Source of the DNA: Candidatus Woesearchaeota archaeon
GTDB lineage: Archaea > Nanobdellota > Nanobdellia > Pacearchaeales > GW2011-AR1
Length of the DNA: 64,000 nt
Assembly: GCA_964617015.1 (NCBI GenBank)
Contig: CAZTVG010000001.1
Location: 46,584-110,583 of the forward strand
Reading direction: 5' to 3'
Shown here: piece by piece, positions 56,774 to 64,000 of the stretch
Layout of the letters: every line of letters begins with the position of its first letter
How positions within the stretch are numbered: the stretch's first letter is position 1
Notes under the pieces: generated by a model
What the model was told of the DNA's origin: nothing
The model's database searches: none
The model's input: the letters and a program-made list of their open reading frames with translations, nothing else
Made by a program: the position numbers and the translations under genes

Positions 56774-57397
56774 ATGTTAACTCCCCAGCAAACAGAAAAC
56801 ATCAGGAGACAAATAATTCAGCAAATAGAAAAATCTTTTCCTGAAGACAAAAAAGAATTTGCCAAGAGCCAGATAGAAGCCATGAATTCTGAACAGCTTG
56901 AAGGATTTTTAAATCAGAATAAACTCATGAAAACTCCCCAGATGTCTCAGGAATGTGTTTTTTGCTCTATCATCTCCGGAAATATCTCTTCTTATAAAAT
57001 ATCTGAAAACTCTAAAGCAGTGGCTGTTCTGGAAATAAATCCTGTTTCAAGAGGCCATTCTATTATAATTCCAAAAGAGCATATTTCAACTTCAGAAAAA
57101 GTTCATCAAAGCGTTTTTTCTCTGGCAAAAAAAGTTTCAAAGATGCTAAAAGAAAAATTAAAACCAAAAAATGTAACAACTGCTTCCCCAGATTTATTTG
57201 GGCATGAAATAATAAATGTTATTCCTGTATATGAAAACGAAAATCACGTTTCAGAAAGAAAGCCTGCAACACAGGAAGAACTCACGGAATTGCAAAAAAT
57301 TCTTGCAAAAACAGCCAGAAAAACACAGGGAAAAACAAAAAAAGTCAAAGTAGTGAATTCTGGGGGGAAAATCTGGCTACCAAAGAGAATTCCATAA
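56774..57397 (+). CDS. HIT-domain protein with degenerate triad and helical N-terminal extension
   Basis: CVFCSI, LEINP.SRGHSIIIPK; HEIINVIP replaces HxHxH. Confidence 0.75.
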   Translation: MLTPQQTENIRRQIIQQIEKSFPEDKKEFAKSQIEAMNSEQLEGFLNQNKLMKTPQMSQECVFCSIISGNISSYKISENSKAVAVLEINPVSRGHSIIIPKEHISTSEKVHQSVFSLAKKVSKMLKEKLKPKNVTTASPDLFGHEIINVIPVYENENHVSERKPATQEELTELQKILAKTARKTQGKTKKVKVVNSGGKIWLPKRIP

Positions 57398-58219
57398 TCC
57401 TGTTTTCCATGAATAAAGCAAAATTAAAAAGCTAATTAAAAATACAGGAGAAAAAGGAATTCCGTGTCTTATCAAAACAGTTTTGTATTTTTTTCTTAAA
57501 GCGTTGATTTCTTCTTTCTTCAGTCCATCCCACCCTGCCTTTATATTTTTCCTCCCTACCTTGATGTCTTTGTAAAGCCAGTCTCCTTCTGTAAGCTGGC
57601 TGGTTTTTATTTTTTTTATCATGCAGGATTCATCAACTGCTTTTGCATAAAGATGCAAGTATGGAAGAATAAATATAATTATCCCGAAGTAAATCAGTAT
57701 AGCATTACTGAAAATACCGATTATCACCAAAATAATTGCCAAAAACAGAATGAGATTATAGATATTCTTGTTTTCTTTCAGTTGTTTTCCGAACTCTTTT
57801 CTGAATTTCCTGAAATTATTCAGACTAAAAGCCAGACTTACAGCCAAGCTGTAAACCGCGCCAACAAAAAGAAATATGAAAAGAAAACTCCCTAAAAGTT
57901 TCAGGTTCGCCGAAAAAGTTTCAGAAAAAGGCAAAACCGCTCCTAAAGCAATCATTAGTTTTGCGTCTCCTCCTGCAAACAATCTTCCGTAATAAAGAAG
58001 ATTTCCCAGGATGAAAAATATCAGCAAACCAATTAGGCCCTGATAAAAAAATCCAAAATTTCCTGAATGAAATAAAGAATAAAAAAACCTGAAACCGAGA
58101 GCAAAAATTACGAGGGAAAAATTAAGCCAGTTTGCAATTTCTCTCTTCTTCAAATCCTGAACAGTCGCAAAAACTATCCATATTAGTGCAAGAACTGATA
58201 AAAAAACAATTTCATACAT
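57377..58219 (-). CDS. Prepilin peptidase (A24, PibD/FlaK-like)
   Basis: QDLKKREI, FAGGDAKL, LTEGDWL, GIPFSP. Confidence 0.9.
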   Translation of the reverse strand: MYEIVFLSVLALIWIVFATVQDLKKREIANWLNFSLVIFALGFRFFYSLFHSGNFGFFYQGLIGLLIFFILGNLLYYGRLFAGGDAKLMIALGAVLPFSETFSANLKLLGSFLFIFLFVGAVYSLAVSLAFSLNNFRKFRKEFGKQLKENKNIYNLILFLAIILVIIGIFSNAILIYFGIIIFILPYLHLYAKAVDESCMIKKIKTSQLTEGDWLYKDIKVGRKNIKAGWDGLKKEEINALRKKYKTVLIRHGIPFSPVFLISFLILLYSWKTGLWNSLW

Positions 58220-58335
58220 GATTAAAAAAGTATTTTTTTATTTATAAAATGTAGCAATCTAAATTGCTAGAAATGACAAATTGCAATTAACCAGGAGAGT
58301 GATTGGCAAGCTGAGAGGAAAACAAAAACTATTTC

Positions 58336-58455
58336 TTATTTTTTACTTGAATTTCTGCTTCTGTGGCCTCCTCCTTTCTTGTAAGGAAATCTTTTCTTTT
58401 CTCTTTTTTTATCACTTTTCTTTTTCCTTTTCTGGGGAAAAGCATAATCAGACAT
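58336..58455 (-). CDS. 39-aa basic peptide
   Basis: MSDYAFPQKRKKKSDKKREKKRFPYKKGGGHRSRNSSKK; TATA-like TTTAAAGA ~20 nt before ATG. Confidence 0.6.
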   Translation of the reverse strand: MSDYAFPQKRKKKSDKKREKKRFPYKKGGGHRSRNSSKK

Positions 58456-58497
58456 AAGAAGGTAAGAAAAAGATTCTTTAAATAAATTTTGAATTAA

Positions 58498-58836
58498 TTA
58501 CTGTGTGGGGCAAGTTATTGACGGGCATGCCTTTATATCATAATTTCTTGAGGCATATTCATCACTATTTGCCAGATTATAACAGGTCTCACTAAATTTA
58601 TCATTTGTCCCATCTTTAACTTCTCTTTCAACAGAACAATAATCAAAAGCACTTGAAGTAGAACAGGCAATACCGCAAGAAGTTTTAATGGTATCTATAT
58701 TATTTGTGGATACAAAAGGCAGAAGCCTGGCCCATCCTACTGTGAAACCCACTATAAGGACAACCAGAACAACCACCCCAAGAATTATCAAGATAATAGC
58801 ATTGGTGCTTAATCCCTGACCTCTTTTATCTTTCAT
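58498..58836 (-). CDS. Type IV pilin-like protein, Cys-rich head
   Basis: MKDKRG/QGLSTNAIILIIL class III signal. Confidence 0.8.
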   Translation of the reverse strand: MKDKRGQGLSTNAIILIILGVVVLVVLIVGFTVGWARLLPFVSTNNIDTIKTSCGIACSTSSAFDYCSVEREVKDGTNDKFSETCYNLANSDEYASRNYDIKACPSITCPTQ

Positions 58837-58874
58837 ATCAAATTCAAGGTTATTTTGTTTAAAAATGTTTTTGT

Positions 58875-59192
58875 TTAAGGCAGTTTATATCTTATTTTTA
58901 AGTCATTTTTTTCCAGATAAAGATATCCTTCTTCAATATCCAGTGCTTTATTTATCTGTTCCACAGAAATGCCCCTACTCTTATAAAAATTGTATTCATT
59001 TATTTTTACACTGAACTCTTCCAGTACAGATACACTTGTAGAAAATTTTTTGAAACTGAAACTAGAAGAAAAAAAGCTTATTAGGGCTAGTGTGCAAATC
59101 ATAGCAACTCCCAGCACTAAAATTGTCACCGGAATATCTGCTTTACGATTTCTCATGAAGGAAGCGTTGCTAAAATATCTCTTGTTTTTCAT
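58875..59192 (-). CDS. Pilin-like protein
   Basis: RNRKA/DIPVTILVLGV. Confidence 0.7.
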   Translation of the reverse strand: MKNKRYFSNASFMRNRKADIPVTILVLGVAMICTLALISFFSSSFSFKKFSTSVSVLEEFSVKINEYNFYKSRGISVEQINKALDIEEGYLYLEKNDLKIRYKLP

Positions 59193-59501
59193 CCTAACAC
59201 ACCCCTCATTTCATCAAGCTTAGCATCCAAGTCTGCATGAAATTCTTGTTGTTCCAGTCTGTTAAGAATAATGTTCTTCTTTGTATCATCTGCTAAAAAA
59301 TAAGCAAATAAGGATTTTTCCATTAACAAATCATCTTCTCTTTCAGTCTCAACAAATATTTTTTTTCTTGTCTGTGCTAATAAAAATGATGCATATACTG
59401 AAATAATTAAAATAACAATTATGATTATGGTGGCAACTACCCAGGTCATTGTTTCTCCTACCTGAGCCTTACGATTTCTCATGAAGGAAGCGTTGCTAAA
59501 A
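59143..59501. repeat. 33-bp exact repeat in the leaders of two prepilins (59143-59175, 59469-59501)
   Basis: TTACGATTTCTCATGAAGGAAGCGTTGCTAAAA, encoding FSNASFMRNRK on the minus strand. Confidence 0.9.
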
Positions 59502-59533
59502 AATTGCTGAGTTTTTTGTCTTTTACTACGCAT
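59189..59533 (-). CDS. Pilin-like protein
   Basis: RNRKA/QVGETMTWVVATIII. Confidence 0.72.
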   Translation of the reverse strand: MRSKRQKTQQFFSNASFMRNRKAQVGETMTWVVATIIIIVILIISVYASFLLAQTRKKIFVETEREDDLLMEKSLFAYFLADDTKKNIILNRLEQQEFHADLDAKLDEMRGVLG

Positions 59534-60032
59534 TTTTTTCGGTTTTTCTTACAATCGATAAAATTTTAATTGAATAAATATCCCCTCCAGAAGTTAAAGA
59601 ATAAAATTCCCTTTCAATGCACTTTGCTAAATTCTCGTCCTCAATTTCTTTTTCAATCCCGCAACTTGAAATTAGATTTTTATTTCCTTCTGAAATATCA
59701 AAAACAAGGCTTTCTTCTTTGATAAATTCAATATTTAAATAAAACTGGCCTTGTTTATTCCACCCATAAACATCCTCGGTATTAAAATTTAAATTGCATT
59801 CTTCTAAAAAATTTTCCCTGGACTCTTCATTTAAAAATTCTTCTTTGAGGAATCCTGTAGCAAGTACCAAACAATCTGCAACATGATTCGTTAAAGCGTT
59901 GGCTTCTAATTCTCTTACATCATAAGGCTCACCATAAAAAATAGATACCATATAAACAATAGCTGCAGCCACTATGAACAAGATTGTAAACCAGTATACA
60001 GAGATTATCCTATCTGTCGCCTTTTTGTTCAT
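59526..60032 (-). CDS. Pilin-like protein
   Basis: MNKKA/TDRIISVYWFTILF. Confidence 0.72.
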   Translation of the reverse strand: MNKKATDRIISVYWFTILFIVAAAIVYMVSIFYGEPYDVRELEANALTNHVADCLVLATGFLKEEFLNEESRENFLEECNLNFNTEDVYGWNKQGQFYLNIEFIKEESLVFDISEGNKNLISSCGIEKEIEDENLAKCIEREFYSLTSGGDIYSIKILSIVRKTEKNA

Positions 60033-60421
60033 TTTTTATTTATCACAAAAAAATATTCCTCCTTGTTTGTTGTGTCCAAATTTGCATCAACCCTGACATC
60101 ATTAAAAAAGGAATATGAATAACCTCCTTTTTCCCTTAATTGAACAGTGATGATGTTATCACGAATCAGAACAACCTCCTTAAGATTCCTGCCTTCATCC
60201 AGCGCAGTTTCAATCGCATCTTCCATATTTAAGTGGATTATCATTCCAGGCTTTGCAGAATCGACAATTAATGCTATTTGCTTGGCATATTTTTCTTCCA
60301 AAACAGCAGAGCTTCCCATTTTTGTAAACAAGAACAAAACAAGTATTGAAAGAAAAACTAAATTTAAAACAATAAAAATTATGTTTTCTGTCAGAATATT
60401 TCCTTTCTTATTTTTTTTCAT
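60029..60421 (-). CDS. Pilin-like protein
   Basis: MKKNKKG/NILTENIIFIVL. Confidence 0.75.
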   Translation of the reverse strand: MKKNKKGNILTENIIFIVLNLVFLSILVLFLFTKMGSSAVLEEKYAKQIALIVDSAKPGMIIHLNMEDAIETALDEGRNLKEVVLIRDNIITVQLREKGGYSYSFFNDVRVDANLDTTNKEEYFFVINKK

Positions 60422-60422
60422 T

Positions 60423-61343
60423 TTAAGACAAAGTAGTTATTGAGCTACACCCAAGTGTTCTAAACTCTTCTGAATTAACCTCAATTATCGAGGGCGAAAG
60501 ATATTCATTCCCGGATAAACCTTCAACAAGAATTCCTACAAAATATCCTCCAGCTCCTCCTCCTGCTCCTGCTATTGCTGCCACCCCAAGACTAATTCCC
60601 CATGCACCTCCTATGACAGGTGTAAAAACTATTGCTGCCACAGTTCCAACCCCGATTGCTGCCCATGTCAATTTACTAATTTCGCTTGTGATTCCCATCA
60701 TAACATAATACTGTTTATTCAAGTCCAAAGAACCAAACTCTACGCCTTGGCTACTAAATCGCTCTTTTAGACCATTTAAATCATTTGTGCCATATAAATA
60801 ATTGAGATAGGTTTCATCTTTTCCAATCACTTGATTGTCCTGCATATAAATATAAAGTCCTTCCTTATCAAGCGTGCCATCTGTTAACACTTCATTCACA
60901 CTGTCATCAAAAGCCACCTGTGCGCAGATTGAACAATAAAGGTTTTCTTTCAAATCACTGCCAACATAATTAATTTTTCCTTCCCCAAACATCCACCAAC
61001 AGGTAGCCAGCTCTTCTGCCAAGACACCATAAATCTCATCCTTGGTTTTTGCTTTTTCTATCACTGGCTTAGTCAAAACTTCACAACTACCATCATTTGT
61101 CAAGCACAGATAAGTACGTTGGCATTTTAATGGAACAGAGCCTGTTGGTAAAATAGAACTTCCTCTTGTAACAACAGAATTATGGCAGATTTCCTTATCT
61201 GTGATTTCTCCAAGATTAAGCCTGAAAAAAATAAATAAAACAATTACGAAGCTCACTATAAGAATTATCATAGTAACAATTTGGGTTGTTGTTAATTCTC
61301 CTTTGCGATTTTTCTTGAAAAATTGTTCTCTTTTGCTTTTCAT
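60423..61343 (-). CDS. Pilin-like protein with Cys-rich domain and Gly/Ala-rich hydrophobic hairpin
   Basis: KNRKG/ELTTTQIVTMIIL; CWWMFGEG, CSIC. Confidence 0.72.
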   Translation of the reverse strand: MKSKREQFFKKNRKGELTTTQIVTMIILIVSFVIVLFIFFRLNLGEITDKEICHNSVVTRGSSILPTGSVPLKCQRTYLCLTNDGSCEVLTKPVIEKAKTKDEIYGVLAEELATCWWMFGEGKINYVGSDLKENLYCSICAQVAFDDSVNEVLTDGTLDKEGLYIYMQDNQVIGKDETYLNYLYGTNDLNGLKERFSSQGVEFGSLDLNKQYYVMMGITSEISKLTWAAIGVGTVAAIVFTPVIGGAWGISLGVAAIAGAGGGAGGYFVGILVEGLSGNEYLSPSIIEVNSEEFRTLGCSSITTLS

Positions 61344-61444
61344 CCTACAATTCCTATTTTTCTTAGCATGAAATAAATTCCCGCGAAAGCTAATCCAAAA
61401 AAAACAATCCAGGTTAAATATTTTATGAAACTTTCAAGGCTCAT
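61340..61444 (-). CDS. 34-aa single-TM peptide
   Basis: MSLESFIKYLTWIVFFGLAFAGIYFMLRKIGIVG; ATGA overlaps with both neighbours. Confidence 0.65.
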   Translation of the reverse strand: MSLESFIKYLTWIVFFGLAFAGIYFMLRKIGIVG

Positions 61445-61914
61445 TTTTCTCTGATAATTATTTTACTTTCCGATTTTAATACTTCAACCGAGACAGAGGG
61501 GCTTTCTATTTTAATCTCTCCGAAATCCTCCAACTCTGGAACAATCTCACAGATACCTTTTCCATCACACTCTTTTATTTGTCTGTCAGTTACAAACAAT
61601 ATGGTATCAATAACATCATCACATATGCATAAACAATTTTCCCCAGAACAGGAGTTAGGTTTTTTTTCTCCAACAAAACTAAACAAATTCCATCCGGCAG
61701 GAGTTATGTCTGAAACCACCTCTTTGGATACTTCTTCATTCATTATGACATCTTTAAGCCTTTCCAAAGAAGATTCAGCCTTTATTCTGTTCTGGTTATC
61801 CACAGAATTAAAATAAAGAGATGTAAGAAAAAACGCCAAAAAGCCTATGGCAATTACTGCAAGTATCATTTTTAAGGTTTCTTCAGCAAGCAAAAATCCC
61901 TTTTTTTTCATCAT
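61441..61914 (-). CDS. Pilin-like protein
   Basis: MMKKKG/FLLAEETLKMIL; CLCIC motif. Confidence 0.75.
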   Translation of the reverse strand: MMKKKGFLLAEETLKMILAVIAIGFLAFFLTSLYFNSVDNQNRIKAESSLERLKDVIMNEEVSKEVVSDITPAGWNLFSFVGEKKPNSCSGENCLCICDDVIDTILFVTDRQIKECDGKGICEIVPELEDFGEIKIESPSVSVEVLKSESKIIIREK

Positions 61915-62075
61915 TTTAATAAAAACAAAATCACTTCTGAAGTTTCATTTCCCCCAAGATTTTGAAAAAAATCAATGACAGTATCCCTAAAAAAGAAGTA
62001 AATTCCAATAACCACAATTACAAAAACAAATACTCCAATAATTAGTTTTATGAGCTGGCCTATGGTTAATTCCAT
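61911..62075 (-). CDS. 54-aa pilin-like TM peptide
   Basis: MELTIGQLIKLIIGVFVFVIVVIGIYFFF; stop overlaps start of the next gene. Confidence 0.65.
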   Translation of the reverse strand: MELTIGQLIKLIIGVFVFVIVVIGIYFFFRDTVIDFFQNLGGNETSEVILFLLK

Positions 62076-62076
62076 T

Positions 62077-62250
62077 TTATCTTAACAAATTTTTTACCTG
62101 ATCAACTAAGGAAATTCCTTTTTCTTTAAGCAGAAAAATTGTAATCATGAGAATTACAAGAACTGCAACAGCTATTAAAATCCATGGAAGATAGTCAGAA
62201 ATAATGCCTCTACGAAATTTTGGAAAGACCTTATTGCCCCTTTTGTCCAT
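62077..62250 (-). CDS. 57-aa Flp-like short pilin
   Basis: MDKRGNKVFPKFRRG/IISDYLPWILIAVAVLVIL. Confidence 0.7.
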   Translation of the reverse strand: MDKRGNKVFPKFRRGIISDYLPWILIAVAVLVILMITIFLLKEKGISLVDQVKNLLR

Positions 62251-62288
62251 GACTGAAAAAATAAAACTGATTTAATAAATTTAACTAA

Positions 62289-64000
62289 TTAAACAAGATT
62301 TCCCATAACGACAAAAGTCAAAATGAACAAGGCTATCGTGGTTAACAAAGCAGTAAAGAAGAAAAGCATTATTCCTTTCATAAGATTTTTTCCTGTTTCA
62401 CTTGTTCTCTGGAGTTTGTCTTCTCCTGAATCTACAGTTACAAGAGTTCTTGTTAGAATGAAAATTATTTGAATAAGGTAAATTCCTATTATTATCTGCA
62501 AAAAGTAAGGAGGAATCATTTTAGTAACTTCAAAGATATTCAGGATTGCTCCAAGATTTGCCACACCTTCTCCCTGAATCTCAGATATTCTCAGTCTGCT
62601 CAGAATTGTCGTTATCATTGCCGCTAGACCCACAACAACTCCTGAAAGAAGAGGGGCAAGGAAAGACATGGTGCTTTTCATGTCAGAAATGACCTCTGCA
62701 AGCATATCCTTCAGCCTCGAAGTGATTTTATGTATATTTTTGACATACTCTGAAATACTCATCATGCTGATTGCTGCAATTTTCAGGCCTTTCTTGGAAG
62801 ACTCTATGAGAATTTTCATGCTTGTGGCAATAAGGTCAGAGGGATAAGATATGATTGCTCCTCTTCTTGAATCAAAAATAGCTCTCTCAACGCTCATCCC
62901 CATCTGTTTTATGTTGTAATTAACTCTCCTGAAGAATTCTTCTGTTCTAAGTCCCCTGGAAGTCTCTGCAACTTTTCCAAATACAAGTTCAGGAGGGACT
63001 CCATTACCTATTCTGTTTCCAAGCTGGAACAAAGAGTTGTTAAATTCAAGTTCAAGCTGTTTTGTCTTTTTCCTTTCAATTATCAGTTCTTTGGTTCTTG
63101 CCTTAAAAGATATTGCAAAAAACAAAGCGAGGCCGAGAGGAATAAACATGCTTAAAATCAGGGCCCCTACTCCAAAAGGACCCTTAACTCCTGCTCCCGA
63201 ATCAGCAAAACCAAAAACATTTTCATCACCAAAAAAGCCCAATCCAATTTCAGAAAAAGTGAAATCTTTTTGCAGGCCAAGAAGTTCAGGCAGGGGTGTA
63301 TACTGGAAAATAAAAGGCAAAAACCCTATTATGAAAAAAGGAAGAACTATAAGAAATGCGGTGAAATAGGGTGCCTTACTTTTGTATTTGGGATAGAGGG
63401 GATTTCTTTCCAGTAAAGATGTTTCACCATAGCCTCCCGGCCTCAGAAAAATAATTTTATCCGTAAGATAAAAAACAAAGAAAGGAATTATCAGATTAAA
63501 AAACACAAAAATATGAATCCATGTAAGTAAGCCTCCGAGCATTGCAGTAGCCAGAGGAAGCAAGGCGAGGCCGAGAGTTGGCAATACAATTCCAAGCATG
63601 TAAACATTTGTTAAAGGACTTTTCACCGTATGAGTAAATTTAAGCATATTATCATAAACTCCGTCAAGAACTACTCTCAGGGATTTTTCAAGAGTAATTA
63701 TTCTTCTTGAATTATCAGGCTCATACAGACTGCTTTCAATGAGGTGGAAGGCTTCAATAAATTCCACAGAATAGTCCCTCCATATTTCGAGATAATTGTC
63801 AAGACTTTCTTTAATTGTTGAAAACTTTCCGACCTGGACATCATAAAAAACTTTCTTGAGGTCCAGTGCGAGAGGATACTGGAGATGCTCTGAAGCAAAA
63901 GCAATTGCTCTCTCAAAATTAGGGGTATGCCTCATGTAAACCACGACGTACAGAATTGCGGGAACCATCTGGCTACTGGCCTTAAGCCGCCATTTGTTTG
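62289..64000 (-). CDS. Type IV pilus/T2SS-F (TadC-like) membrane platform protein (start beyond right edge)
   Basis: Frame stays open past 63968 to the edge; two helical cytoplasmic domains each followed by TMs; adjacent pilins and prepilin peptidase. Confidence 0.8.
   Translation of the reverse strand, partial: NKWRLKASSQMVPAILYVVVYMRHTPNFERAIAFASEHLQYPLALDLKKVFYDVQVGKFSTIKESLDNYLEIWRDYSVEFIEAFHLIESSLYEPDNSRRIITLEKSLRVVLDGVYDNMLKFTHTVKSPLTNVYMLGIVLPTLGLALLPLATAMLGGLLTWIHIFVFFNLIIPFFVFYLTDKIIFLRPGGYGETSLLERNPLYPKYKSKAPYFTAFLIVLPFFIIGFLPFIFQYTPLPELLGLQKDFTFSEIGLGFFGDENVFGFADSGAGVKGPFGVGALILSMFIPLGLALFFAISFKARTKELIIERKKTKQLELEFNNSLFQLGNRIGNGVPPELVFGKVAETSRGLRTEEFFRRVNYNIKQMGMSVERAIFDSRRGAIISYPSDLIATSMKILIESSKKGLKIAAISMMSISEYVKNIHKITSRLKDMLAEVISDMKSTMSFLAPLLSGVVVGLAAMITTILSRLRISEIQGEGVANLGAILNIFEVTKMIPPYFLQIIIGIYLIQIIFILTRTLVTVDSGEDKLQRTSETGKNLMKGIMLFFFTALLTTIALFILTFVVMGNLV

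Overview
AT-rich archaeal chromosome segment, most likely a DPANN archaeon of Pacearchaeota/Woesearchaeota type. This is inferred from gene content: TFB, RadA, RPA, GINS, aIF2a, EF-1b, S8e/S17e/S3Ae/S15/L44e, EndA, SRP54/FtsY, Bud32, TATA boxes about 20-25 nt before start codons, and many orphan surface proteins. The window holds about 65 CDS and 8 intact tRNA genes (one with a canonical BHB intron). It also has a surface-protein cluster (5.9-15.1 kb), a 2136-aa membrane-anchored protein ending in a lytic-transglycosylase-like domain, an intein-containing RadA and a type IV pilus locus at the right end. No rRNA, CRISPR array, integrase or transposase was seen. Most notable: (1) a free-standing LAGLIDADG gene whose last codons contain both the apparent promoter and the 5' end of tRNA-Val, plus end-duplication scars at several other tRNAs; (2) a tRNA-adjacent island of a CD-NTase/SMODS-like nucleotidyltransferase, GT2, methyltransferase and a frameshifted CGA-synthase-like glycosyltransferase, with no recognisable CBASS effector; (3) a surface protein fused to tandem C-terminal HTHs, with three palindromic boxes over its own promoter; (4) GlyRS with a putative DNA-binding N-terminal extension and paired operator-like boxes flanking its TATA; (5) unannotated protamine-like and other small basic ORFs; (6) two tRNAs with C33. 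All family assignments come from motif recognition by eye; no searches were run.
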